Shown here in pieces: positions 13,423-28,400 of a stretch of 64,000 nt of DNA (position 1 is the first letter of the stretch; each line of letters begins with the position of its first letter). The notes under the pieces are model-generated. The model saw only the letters and a list, made by a program, of their open reading frames with translations. It was not told the DNA's origin and did no database searches. The stretch lies in contig NC_047016.1 of NCBI RefSeq assembly GCF_902652985.1, positions 24,738,001-24,802,000 of the forward strand, given 5' to 3'. This stretch comes from Pecten maximus (taxonomy: Eukaryota). A program made the translations under genes and the position numbers.

Positions 13423-16400
13423 ACACAAATCTGGAGATCTAAGATTAAGACATCGCACTACCCCTGTTTTGAAAAGCTGATGCTAATATCATTGACTAAT
13501 TCTGATACTTGAATATCATAACCCAGTTGTTTAATTGGCGCGGTCATTTTCTTTTATCTTTAAATCATTCATCGAAATAATCAATATCAATATAACAACC
13601 GAATTTCGCTCCTACTGTTACATTTAGCATGCTGACTCAAACAAAAGTTTACAGGGGATAGGTGTTAAACAATACACAGCATTGTCAGCAATACATGTCC
13701 TATGCTTATAGCATTGAAAACTGAAATAGAGCATTCATATCTAGTTTGAATAACCCTATCCATTGTTAAAACCAGGTGTAAGATTAAACTACACATACCA
13801 CGTGTAAAGCAGATAATGAATGTTTGTTGAGAAACATTTATTTTCAGCCATTGTGAGGGACTATCTGCTGGAGAAATCACGCGTGGTTGACCAGCTGGGC
13901 AATGAGGGCAATTTTCATATTTTCTACTGCCTTTTGGCCGGAGCTTCTCCTTCCATGCTGAAACGCCTTCGATTAAAGGATGCGAGTACTTACCGGTATG
14001 TTTACCGAATATACATGATAGATAGTATCAAAATGTATGTTTACCGGATAGACATGATAGATAGTATCAAAATGTATGTGTACCGAATATACATGATAGA
14101 TAGTATCAAAATGTATGTGTACCGAATATACCTGATAGATTGTATCAAAATGTATGTGTATACCGAATATACATGTTAGATAGTATCAATATGTATGTTT
14201 ACCGAATATACATGATAGATAGTATCAAAATGTATGTATACCGAATATACATGATAGATAGTATCAAAATGTATGTGTACCGAATATACATGATAGATAG
14301 TATCAAATTGTATGTTTACCGAATATACATGATAGATATTATCAAAATGTATATGTACCGAATACACATGATAGATAGTATCAAAATGTATATGTACCGA
14401 ATATACATGATAGATAGTATCAAATTGCATGTGTACGAATATATATGGTAGATAGTATAAAAATGTATGTTTACCGAATATGCGTGATAGATACTATTAA
14501 AATGTATATGTACCGAATTTAGATAGTATCAAATTGTAGGTATACGAATATACATGATAGATACTATCAAAATGTATGTATACCGAATATACATGATAGA
14601 TAGTATCAAAAGTATGTGTACCGAATATACATGATAGATAGTATCAAAAGTATGTGTACCGAATATACATGATAGATAGTATCAAAATGTATGTTTACCG
14701 AATATACATGATAGATAGTATCAAAATGTATATGTACCGAATATACATGATAGATAGTATCAAATTGCATGTGTACGAATATATATGGTAGATAGTATAA
14801 AAATGTATGTTTACCGAATATGCGTGATAGATACTATTTAAATGTATATGTACCGAATTTAGATAGTATCAAATTGTAGGTATACGAATATACATGATAG
14901 ATACTATCAAAATGTATGTATACCGAATATACATGATAGATAGTATCAAAAGTATGTGTACCGAATATACATAATAGATAGTATCAAAATGTATATTTAC
15001 CGAATATACATGATAGATAGTATCAAAATATATGTGTACCGAATATACATGATAAATTGTATCAAAATTAATGTGTGTTAAATATCAAAATACCCGTTGT
15101 ATACGTTCACTGTATTTCACTAGCTTAAATTGTTTGATAAATTGAAGGATTCAAACAAAACATACATTTGTAGGTACTCATATAGCATATCAAGCTATGA
15201 ATTGGATTGTGTAGGTATAGACAATATACTTTACGATTTTTGCAGGATTCTAAAGCGGAACAAAGACTTAATAAGCAGAAGGGAATTCCACAGTAACATG
15301 TATCTTGAGCAGATGGCGGTTCTCAAGTCCATAGATATGGACCTTCAGGTATTTACCATTGTTCGACTGTAGAAATGAGTGATTTTGATAACCCTGTTGT
15401 GTATCACCGTAAAAAATAACGAGCGATTTATGTTATTAAATGATACGCACGGGTAAATGATTAAACTGCAACCAAGTAGTACCAAAGGATAATCGTGCAG
15501 AGTTGTAAGCTTCAAGCATTACTGGTTTGTGATATGGAATTATACATTATAGTTTTTTTTATGAGATACACCACGAGTTTATTATGCTATCATTAGGACA
15601 TGGACATAATCCACACAGTACTGGCGGCCATACTACATATCACCCAAGTGGACTTTGTGGAACCCGATGATCCTAACGAGCCTCTTCAGATCCGAGATGC
15701 TACACTGCTAGAGAATGGTAAGGATTATATATCCATTGGTGTCGCCCTCTGTTTCATCAGGTTTGCTTTCATTATACTGTGGTATGCATATTTTGTATAA
15801 AGTCCTATTGCTTTGATTGTAAATTGATGAAACTGTTCGAACATAAACATCCAGTAATAAGTTATCATTTAAAGTTGTAATATTTCGTCAATGATTAGGA
15901 CGTTCCGATCAACACGCATCCATCACCCGTATCTAGGGTAATTCAATATGCTTGTACAAACTAATCGCCTTCTCGCTATGTCTTTCTATATCAGTGGCAG
16001 ATTTACTGAGCGTTCCATACGAAGACCTTGGCCATGCCTTAATCGCAACAAAACAGACATATGTGGGTAGGTTTTGCAATACTTAGATCAACCCACTGTA
16101 TAAGAGAAACATCAAAAACAGTACGTTAGTCAAGATAATGGACAATTCGAGGCACCATGTTATTTTCCTTTCTACTATCTCATTTTTACAGGTAGTTCTC
16201 TACCTTTCACTGTAGATTAGTTCATAAGAATCTGTAGATTAGTCGGAACAAATCTACGGCTACAGGTAACTAATATACAGTTACAGGTTAACTAAACTAC
16301 AGCTTAACTAATATACAGTTACAGGTTATCTAAACTACAGGTAACTTATTACTGTAGACAATGGCCAAATAAAGTACTGGCAACGACAAAAGATGACATC

Positions 16401-19400
16401 ACAGCTATGTTTTAACAAGAGAAAAGTCAAGAACATTACATTTGTAAATTATCATGTAAATTTTGTAATTGTAATGTAACCTATTTCGACTGAAAAAGGG
16501 GAAAGAAGATCCACACAGTAGAACACGATGTTTTTAACACATGTCATAAATTGATAATCCAGTCCTATCTTTATAATACACGTAGGACTTACAGTATTTA
16601 CATTGAACAAACTGTGCCAGATTATGAGTTTATGATAATTTATAATACATTAAACATCAGGAGAACACCTCATTGGGGAATACATAACAGAAATCTTTTC
16701 TCAATCATAGGAGAAGTGATCGTGAAAAGAAACTCCATGTCACAAGCTATAGATAGAAGAGACGCACTTGCCAAAGCTCTGTATGAACGCCTGTTTGGTT
16801 GGGTTGTACGGCAGATCAACATAAACCTCCATCCGTCAAAGTTAGTATTTACTTTACAAAGACCTTATATGATAATACTGTTTGGATTAACATATAACGG
16901 CCAAAAAGGAAGTGTCACTATGTGATTATTGTCACATGCTACATCAACACTTCAACTGCACAATGTATATAGAAAATAGGTATGTAATGGTAACATCTTC
17001 TTCCCATGCACGCTTGTCAACTCTAAACAACACTTATTTTAAGTCGTTTGTCCCGATTTTAGCCAATACATGCTATTTCCTCTATAAAATTAAGATATTA
17101 AGATATGAATGAATGAATGAATGAATAAATAAATGCATGAATAAATGAATGAATGAAGAAATGAAGAAACGCATGAATGAACGAACGAACGCACGAATGA
17201 ATGGGTAACCTTTGTTTATCCAGATTCAGCAGTACTATATCATTTCTATTTCTATTTTTTTTTTTTTTATTTCAATCGGTCTTTTCAAATTTATACTTAA
17301 CGACACGATGAAAATGTTTCATAATGAGGATTGGGCAAGATAAGATTTCAATGGGAATTTAAATGATAGACACATAAACAAATCCGGCACATGTAATCTG
17401 GCTCGATTGTCCAAAAAATATCTGTAGAAGAGTTGAATATTTTCAAGCATGGATGAATCAGACTTAAAACCAAAGAAAAGATCTCTCTGTACAGTATTGT
17501 ATATTATCCATAATGTTGATTATAGTTCTTAAGATGAATTACCTTTGTAACAGACTGTTTGTGCTCTAGATTTGGAAAGCATTACCTCTTAGTATAGTTA
17601 ACACCAGACCCTTGGTCAAATATCAAACGACAAGTCACAGTGGTGTAATGTATATGCTATTCAAACTCTTCCTCGTTAATAATACGTTATAATGGATGTA
17701 AGTGAAACATTGCATTTTATGTGAATTACATTTACCTCTTAATACCTTATTAATAACAACTCATAGAAGAAATCTACGGGAAAGGGCTAGCTGGATGAAA
17801 GCCGTTTACATGATCATGTTGATGAATCCTTGAACATGTAGAAAATATAATATAGCTACGTACATGATTGAAAAAATGATTTAGTTGGGTCGTTTTCTTT
17901 CCAGTTTAAGTGTTTCCACGGGGATATGTACTAATATTGGAATCCTTGATATTGCTGGCTTTGAGAATCTGAAATCAAACAGTCTGGAGCAAATTTGTGT
18001 TAATCTCATCAATGAAAGACTGCAGAATTTCACCAGCAAGAAAATTGTAGACTCTGAGATGTCTATTTACAAGGAGGAAGGAATCAAAATACCGGATATT
18101 GATTTTAGGAACAATGACGAAGTGTTGAACATGTTTATGAAGGTAAGTATGTAGCTTACCTACGTAAAGGACACACTTGATTAAAACACCAAACCCGTGA
18201 TATACTTGAAGACATAATTATTTCAATTCTAGTAGCACATAAATGTAAAAAAAAAAAAAAAATCTTAACAGAACGACGCATTGGTGCGGTAAGCGAAAGC
18301 GTAATGAATAGCATTGTGTGAACAGGTCATAAAACACACCTTTATCATAATAAAGTCTCTGTGAAGTTTTCATTGAAGATTGCTTTACAAAGATAATTAT
18401 TGCAACTATGTTATCATAACAAAAGACATGAAATTCTAAAATATTAAACGTTAATAATGTATAAAGCTGATAGTTTATGAATACAGGAGCAGGTTTACGA
18501 CATAGGCTAGGCTATGTTGTGTGTTACGAGGTGTCGCTGTTACAATACCATGTAAACAACATCACATGACAGATATGCTGCAATTCATTGTCAGTGCAAA
18601 CAGATGTAGCTAAATGGGAAAACAATGGAAAAGACACTATTGTTCCTTTAATGGACATTTTAAAGAGTGTAAAAGAGGTTTGTCTTTTCATTGGATGTCT
18701 CTTTATAATTCATTTCGGTTTTGTATTGATATTCATCACACTCTTTGTTAGATCATATCGGCGCTGTTTATGTATATCTATGCTGTATATATAACTGTAA
18801 TATAACATGTATTTCATTTCGGCTTATATATGCGACAGCTCGAACCGTCGAGTATAGTGGCAGTGTTTATGACTCTACATCAATTTCTTCACTACACAGC
18901 ATCCATTGTTTGATTAGCCACACTTTACTTGTAGAAAACCTTCGGCGTGCTGCCGTTACTTGAAGAGGAGTCAAAGCTTGGACATGGTTCGAATAAAAGA
19001 TTCATCAAGAACCTCAAAGACAATTACGATACACACGAATGTTTCACGCCATCTTCCCGTGGTTTAGCGGAGTTTGGCATCAAACATTTTGCTGGCAAGG
19101 TAAACATTCCTGACACCAAAACTATGGCTTTGTTACTTATACAGCATATCGGTGAATCGTATACTATCATGAATTAGATATTTGTTTAATTAAAGATGAA
19201 ATATTTCTTCTTAACACATATAGATTTAATTATCAAACAAACCAAAATTATATGCAAATGTAATTTTCACCACAAAACACGTTCGATGCGAAATTTAACC
19301 GACAAGTTGCTTCATATTATCAATTTTAGATTTTCTATCCCTGTATATTTCAAATAATGAATTATTGTGCCACTAGTTTGTTGAATTAGAAAGCCACTGT

Positions 19401-22400
19401 TCTGTTGAATTAGTGTGCTGCTGTTCTGTTGAATAAGTATGTTGCTATTCTGTTGAATGGGTATGCTACTCTTTAGTTGAATTGGTGTTCTGCTGTTCTG
19501 TTGAATTAGTGTTCTATTGGTCCGCCTTCATGGTTAAGTTGCTAGTCCATTTTTTGATTGGTATACTAGACCTTTCCCATTTTGAGGTAGACCTAGTGCA
19601 GAGCACGGAGATGGAGACCTTTAACGTCCATTACAGCGATCATCTCAAAAATGTTCTGTTAACGCGGTATTGTGTATAGTACCCATACACTTCGGCAGAG
19701 CGACACATATATAACACAGGTAACATACTATCGAGAAACCTATCGGCACACGACATTAAGTCACTCGGAAACGTCTCTGTTTCCCAACCGCAAGTGCCGC
19801 ACTAATGCAGATATATACCACCTTGGATGGCGCCATAAACAGCCAATTTGAATTTGGTCCTTTTTGTCAACATAGCGATTCAAGTATGTAAAAAAATCGA
19901 CAAAGTTCGTTGATTTCAACGAGAGTTTCGCACCACAGACGGGACATAACATTATATTAGTATTTAAAAGCACTAAATCTGTGTATTTGGTTTGGATAAT
20001 TAGCTACTCGTTAGTGACATGCCTATAGCCTACCTAGTTTTTGAATTCGTTGTCAGAACTAGCTCAACACTTGTAGGGAAGATGAAATAAAATATAAAAT
20101 GATTGTTCGGTTTCTCTTCTTAGAGTTAATAAATGTATATACTACCCCTACTATCAAACATGTATAAGTCCCTGTGTTTTGATTTTATTTTTATTTCTAA
20201 GATGTGCAATGACATCAACGTTTCCGATTATCAGTTTTGTATATCATGTCCGAAAATACATAATAGAGAAGATTAAGAGAAAGGTTCATATTGATATGCT
20301 ATAACCACAGGGACTTGATACGAATTCCCAACCCACGGCCCATACACGCATTGTATAATACACATGTAATACATGCGATCAGGAACCGATGGTTTGAGAA
20401 TCGTACCAAGCACCTGTGTAAATAGCAGAGAGGTCATCAGGTGTATAAACGAAAGAAATTTTTGAGACACCTCTTGTTTTACTGGTCTCGGTGTCCGTCT
20501 CCACGCTCCTGGCTAGATCTACCTCAAAATGAGATAATGGATACGATGAGGGGGCATGTCAGCAGAACAGCTTACATATGTTTAAAGCGATTATAATTTA
20601 AAATTCATGAGCAGAAAAAGATATAAACGTGATTCTTGTCAAGAGTATGTTACAAAACTAACACTTTCAATTTATAACTTAAATTAAAACTTACTGCAGC
20701 AATTTTCGGTTGATATCTAAAAAATGGAAAATCACTCGGATCTTCCGTCACTTCTTCTGATAAAAACGTGTTTTCTATTTGACGACAGTAAATGCCCTCG
20801 TTACGTGACTTACCCTATTACCGATTCGGCTTTCTAGTTTACAAGCAACAGTCGAGATGAACAATGTTTCAACCCCGAAAATATGTACAAAAACAGCCAA
20901 TTTGATGATTTAGGTTCTTGTATCGCTTTAATTGAATAAATGATCGATTAATATGTAACTAAAATATCACATTTTAAAACACGTTGACTCAATTAGGCGC
21001 GCAGTTTTTTTTTTTTTTCGATACTGGCGCATTGTGCCTTAATTTAAACATTCCATTAATTAACTACTTGTTTGTCCAAAGTATGCCTCCTACAATGGAA
21101 ACACGTATTAATTTCACAGGTGTGGTATAGCGGATCGATGTTGATTGAGAAGAATCGAGACCTGTTGAGTCCGGATGTAACCACATGTATGAAGCATAGC
21201 AGCAATCCATTCGTGTCGGATCTGTTTACAATCAGGAAAGGACCGACAGGGACAATTTCGGCGTAAATACTCCCTTCTACCTAGATTGTAAATAAAAATC
21301 TGTAAGACATGTTCAGTTGAACATTAAGTTCAGAATTCATGATCAAAGATATAATTGTTATGATCACTTTTATTTACCAAGTATCTTAGGTTTGATTCTG
21401 GCTCCTAATGAACATCCTGTCAGAAGGCTCTATTAAAACCGTTTATTACTATCATGATCATTTTAAATGCATTGGTGAATCGTGGTAAGTACGACTACTA
21501 TATGACTACTATATTGCCGAATAATCTGGGTTTTTTTTGTGATCAATTTTGATATTTCAGTTCCGGCCACAACATCAGGAAATCAACGAAACAAAACTCG
21601 ACTCGCCTTGCAGAGCCCGCAATGCGACAAGGGAAAACACATCTCGTGGACCTGGGAAGATCTCTGAAACAAAGGCGTGTGACACAGACTGGGTTAACCT
21701 CTTCAGCACATGTTCAGTGCAACCAATAGTTGCATTTATCATTGATATGTCTTATATATGAATAAATGGGCAATGTAAATATACTATACTGTAATCATTA
21801 TGGCCGGGTCATTCGTAGCTAGTTTAATATTGAATGCTCTCTCAACACATCTGCAACGATATGTATGGGGTAATTTTCTAAACATAGTTTAACATTATGT
21901 GTTGAAAGATAGATACTAATATCGATTATTGAACAGAATATTACCTCAGCAAACACTAGCATTGTGGTTTAAGGGGACAATTGTAGTTCAACACGAAACT
22001 GGTATCGCTTCAATATAAATAGGGGTGTCAGAGAATGGTTTATTTGATTGACAATAATGTTCTTTTTAAGTTGCAGACAAATAGAAAGGAGTACTACTCT
22101 TGTGTTTAGTCCAAAAGATCAGAAAACTGTGGTATCATACTTCCAGGTAAACACATCTAAATACAACAGAGAATACAGAAATTATAACGAAACCATAATT
22201 CTAACTAAAACAACACAGAGTACCGACATAATAACGAAACCATAATTGTAACTAAAAACAATAGAGAGTACCGACATAATAACGAATTCTAACTAAAAAC
22301 AACAGAGAATACCGACATAATAACGAAACCATAATTCTAACTAAAAACAACACAGAGTACCGACATAATAACGAAACCATAATTTTAACAAAAAACAACA

Positions 22401-25400
22401 GAGAGTACCGACATAATAACGAAACCATAATTCTAACTAAAAACAACAGAGAGTACCGACATAATAACGAAACCATAATTATAACTAAAAACAACAGAGA
22501 GTACCGACATAATAACGAAACCATAATTGTAACTAAAAACAACAGAGAATACCGACATAATAACGAAACCATAATTCTAACTAAAAACAAACCAGAGTAC
22601 CGACATAATAACGAAACCATAATTATAACTAAAAACAACAGAGAGTACCGACATAATAACGAAACCATAATTCTAACTAAAAACAACAGAGAGTACCGAC
22701 ATAATAACGAAGCAATAATTCTAACTAAAAACAACAGAGAGTACCGACATAATAACGAAACCATAATTCTAACTAAAAACAACAGAGAGTACCGACATAA
22801 TAACGAAGCAATAATTCTAACTAAAAACAACAGAGAGTACCGACATAATAACGAAACCATAATTCTAACTAAAAAAGAAACAGAGCGTATCGACATAATA
22901 ACGAAACCGTAATTATAACTAAAAACAACACAGAGTACCGACATAATAACGAAACCATAATTCTAACTAAAAACAACAGAGAGTACCGACATAATAACGA
23001 AACCGTAATTATAACACCCAGTCCTTAAACGCAAAATATGAATATACAAATCTAAGTCACATCGACAACATCTGTCATAAATCTAAGTCACATCGACAAC
23101 ATCTGTCATAAATCTAAGTCACATCGACAACATCTGTCATAAATCTTAGTCACATCGACAACATCTGTCATAAATCTAGTTCACATCGACGACATCCGTC
23201 ATAAATCTAGGTCACATGGACGACATCCGTCATAAATCTAGGTCACATGGACAACATCCGTCATAAATCTAGGTCACATCGACGATATCGTCATACATCT
23301 AGGTCACATCGACGACATCGTCATAAATCTAGGTCACATCGACGACATCCGTCATAAATCGAGGTCACATCGACGACATCTGTCATAAATCTAGGTCAGA
23401 TTCGAATTCACCTTCTCAAAATGAGTAGTAGTTTGGTGTCAACGGACACACTTGTCATGCGAACAATTACTGAACGCTTCGGGAAACAGAATACTGTAGA
23501 CATTAGAAGATAAGTAGGCTTTAACACGATCACAAACCTATATCAAAAATAAAATCAGAACTGGTATTTCAATAAGTAAAGATGAGTAGTATTCATTGTT
23601 TGTCGTATCTCAATCTTAAGATGAATTTAAACTTTGACTTTAGACATTAAATTATCACTAAAACATATATTTTTTTTTCTCGATATCAATACATACCCAT
23701 AAATACAGAAACACATACCAGATTTATAAGTACATGTTATATATTTCAGACCTCCATGGATGAGCTGTTGTCAAAAATGAGACAAGCAGAACAGTATTAC
23801 ATACGGTATGTGCCCTTTGGTAAAACGTATCTTGTCAATAATTTCAGCTTCGTCAATTTTAGTAATTTATACTTGCATGTGCTACAATGGACAAAGACAA
23901 CTTTATCGTGAAAATTATTATTTGTGATCTTTTTTATTTATTTATTTATTTTTTGTTAATTTTAATTTTTGACGATATAACTATCAGATACGTTAGCACA
24001 TGTGATCTTAAATACGCCCATTGTAACATACTTTTTGAAACGCTCCTCATTCAGTAATAAGGCCCGTGCAGCGATTTGAATATATATTGAAAAAAGAGGA
24101 AACATACTAGGTATTAAATGAGGTGTCAACCTCAATTGATTTACTCTTTTACCATTGGTTTTATTGAAAATAAACTGGCATTGTGTCCGCAAATGATAAA
24201 GGGATGCTTTTATTCTCTAAAGAGCATTCATAATAATAGTACATGAGTATCTATAACGGCCAGCGAAATAATATGACATAATCATTTTTTCTTAAGACTA
24301 AAACATTACAGACTGTGTTTTGAGAGTATTTATTAGTCTGTTGAACAAACAAAAAAAGAAACATTTTTATTTATAATGATATCACATATTGGATCTTTAT
24401 CGTAATGGTGTAGCACGAGTGGGATTATCATTTGTTTGTTTTGATTACAAATTAAGGTTTTAAAAAATGTATGTTACAGATAATTCGAACGTGCGATAAA
24501 TTAATCACGTGAATTATTGCATTGTATTAAAAAGACTGCAGTATACGAAACTATATCTGCATATGTATATCAGGAAAGTTAAATCTTCTATCAAGTTCTT
24601 GTCTGAATAAGCATAAAGTTTCCTAGAGTGAGGGTACCTGATTTCGTACACTTTTCACACATATTTGCATTTTTTTTCTTAAATGCATCTAGAAGACGTT
24701 TTTATCTACATCGACCTAAAAGATGTACACAATCTGCGATATTTTTGGTAATGTGACGTCATATGCGCAGGGGATCTTTCCTTTACCATTCTTTACTTCC
24801 GTGTTTAGCGGCAGTTGGGAACGTGATTTCGTACACCCTTCAAATGTGTGGTTCTTAGTAAATATGGCAAATATAAGTATATGCAGATTTAATTCAGCAT
24901 ATTTTAATCAGTTCTGCCGATTTTCAAACGACAGAAATGTTTTTTGAAAGAAATATGAACTTTTTAAAAAAAACGTGTCACTTTTTGCATGCCATCGACC
25001 CATTCTGTGGGAATATAGCACTTACTATATATATATATTATAAGGATTATCTGGCTGGAATTGTAATAAACAATTTTAAAGCTCCATACAGTTTTTAAGA
25101 CCAAAATACAATCAATCATGTCAACCTTTTTCGGAATAATGAAGGCTCCCTACGATATCTGCCCTGTCGATGATTGGGCTTGTTACATCAATATACGGTG
25201 TTATCAAATTATTGGAGCTCATATTAAAACAATTTTGGTGAAAATGGTAAAGAATGATCTTATTTCAATTACCTCTCAAAATTATCATGGTCAGCTGGCT
25301 AGATTATATTTCAAATTATGTTTTTAAGCTACCCTGGTCCCATTCTGCAGACGACAAAATGCAAATTCCAATTTGCGTTTTCAAAACGAGGTTATTCTGA

Positions 25401-28400
25401 AATTCTATATTTAGCATCACCGAAGAGAGACTATGGCGGTGGTTTGCCGTCGAAATGATTTTAAGCCTCCATCGCAGGCGATCGATTGAAACATTGGAAA
25501 AAACAATTTATTGTACGAAATCACGCCCTGTACGAAATCACGTACCCTTACTCTACAGATTTCGAGACAGATCCAATAATAATTATACAACTGTATGTTT
25601 AATCTTCTCGGCAGATGTATTAAACCAAACATGTTTCTCCAGCCGAACAACTTCGATGATGAGAAGGTCTCAGAACAGATACTGTATAACGGGATTGCTG
25701 AGGTAGCCAAAATCAGGAAGCTGGGTCTTCCAGTTCGGAAACGTTATGACGAATTCACAAAGAGGTATGCTGATGTTTATCGTTATGGTCAATTTAAACA
25801 TATACGTTTGTATCAATAAAGAAGGGTTCTTAAACGTGCAAATTACTTGAGCGTTTTATAAGATTACATCGTAGTTTTATTGTCATCAGACGAGAAACTT
25901 ATTTATTTTCAAAGAATATTATGGACAAAGACATTTATGTCAATAGGATTGGACATCAGGCAGTCTATTAAATTCCTATCCAAAACATAACTACATGTTG
26001 GTACAAGACAAAGTACAGTTTACATATAACATATTTAGTCACTGGGTAATTGATAAAGATCACATGTGTAGTGTAAGGCAAGTTTGAATGATAACTTACA
26101 CCGACGCACGTGATATTTGAGAGGGTCTTAATGGTTACTGGGGTTGCCATTCATGCTAATTTATCGAATATAACAACACCACCGTATAAGTTATAAGGCT
26201 TGTGTAGTAATATTTTGAAATTTTCTAGATTCCCATAATATAGTGTTAATAAAGTGTGGTCGTGGTGACATTCTTAAATGCCGGTCATGAGATACTTTCA
26301 GGCTCACTTTAGGTTCAGCTAACATAGTTCTACAACATATAAAAGCCAGATTCTTTGCAAAGTTTGGAAATATTTTAAATTTAAATGTGGTCTGAAGCCA
26401 TATATACCAAAGTGCATCCTTTCAAACCAAATAACAATTTGCCATATATAGCACCAAGTGATTGTGCCGAGAGTATAAAGAGGTATCCAGATCACAAACT
26501 TGACAACTACATTTGTGAGCAAAAAGTATTTATCTGTTTTCCCTTGTAATGTTACAAATCAGTCAGAATGTTACATGTATTGCTTCTAGATACAGACCAC
26601 TCTTCCCGGAATGTCTGACATCACGGTCGCAGATAGAAAGGACTGATCTGCTCCTCAAGAAAATATTACCGGCTCAAATGATGCCAGGAGTCAGATTTGG
26701 CAAAAACAGGGTATGTTTAAGGGAACAACCAACCAATTGAAAAAATAGATTTTTGAAACATCCCCTGTGTATAGAAAGTTGAGCCACGGATAAAACGTCT
26801 GGCAGCCACTGATTGGCCAGTATGTTATGAAGTAACAAAATAGATATGTGGCATGATGTGTAACTGTCCATAAGAAATGTTGACATAAATTTCGTAAGTC
26901 TGATTGAATTTTTCCCCAAAAGTTCAGGTCATAATATCTAACAGGTAAACATTTCAGATTTTTGAGTATTTTTACTGCGAAATTCACCCATTTTCAAAAT
27001 GGCTACTCTGGAAAAATTTTGAGCTGAAGGACCCAACTTTTGTTTTTGATTACGTGTTATATGAGACCCTAAACTTTTGTTATAAACCATAATTGCCATA
27101 TTGAATTCAAGAATTTTAATGACATACTCCAAAACGAAAACGTTAACACTAAAGTCTATGGAAAAACAATTGGTTGGTTGGTCCATATTTATGTCAAAGG
27201 GGACTATGATATCAACTATACCATGGATCGTTCGTCGTTTTTTTTTTTTTAAATCAAAGACTTTGGTAGATACAATAAAAACGCATACTTACGAGCAAAG
27301 AAAAGGTAGAAATGTACAGTCCTCATAGTCCTCAATTCTTCCTATGTTGTATGATTGTTAATATTGACAGGTATAAAGTAAAATTCTGAAATTGGGAACC
27401 ACTCATATGATAAGATATATCTTATCAGGTATAACATGTAAAACAAATATAATATTAACAATCGCACAAAATCAAAATTATAATTGCCACGATTGATGTA
27501 GAAAATAGTATTTGCAATCATAATGCCTGTGAAATAAAGATGAAGTTAAGAAAATATCATAACGGCAGTCCTTCCTTTGAATATATTTAGGTAGCTATAG
27601 GCATATTCACACAATGAATTCAATCAAATGAAATGCGCGAAACGATCGATACATATATGACTGTTAAAATAATAACCCAAAAATTATTAGTGTAAGAGTA
27701 AAATAACATGATTGTTTGTTTTCATAGCTTTTCATGAAGGAGGATGTCAGCATATGGCTAGAGCAATGTCGGAGTGCCAAGGAAAGGAGAGCCGCAAATA
27801 CCATCGCACGGCATTGGCGGGGATTCATTCGAGAACAGAGGCGCAAACAAGACGAAACTGTGTCACATCTAGCCACAAATTTGAGACTGGTATTTTTTTT
27901 TTTTTCATTTGTATATTCATCTAATGTGTTTTGTAATAGGTACATTGAATTGAGACGCTATAATTTATTAACTTAGATATCAATTTGTTTGTTACCACTA
28001 TCATCGCCTTGGTTCTCGGTTTGAGAACACTGATTTGACTTAGATTCAGATGATTTAGAGTGTTTTATGGATATAGCAGGTTACACTATCCTTCAGAACA
28101 CCTCCGTTGGTTTCCCTAATACTTTTTCAATCGTGCCCGTGTAAATTTATATCTTATTTGCACTATGCCCTTATTGAGGGTATTTCAAATCAGAATTATG
28201 ATCACGTTTAAATGTCGGATTTTCCCCCCTGTTTTACAAAAGCGTGGGTAATTAACATCTTATGTTATAGACCTAATATAGATATAAACTGTAAATAAAA
28301 AAAATCATACATACTACACAGTGGTGTTCGAGTAGTACAACAGTAACCTTTTGCGTTTCACCCAGGCGGCCGATGTTTGATTTCCTGATCGGACGTGGGA

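Noticed and set aside
22252-22944. 230-aa hydrophobic repeat ORF
   Set aside because: Antisense translation of the 48-bp intronic array
5117-27889. A stand-alone myosin gene separate from the chitin synthase
   Set aside because: No terminal exon or tail domain; exon 18 splices in phase via exon 19 into the CHS N-terminus
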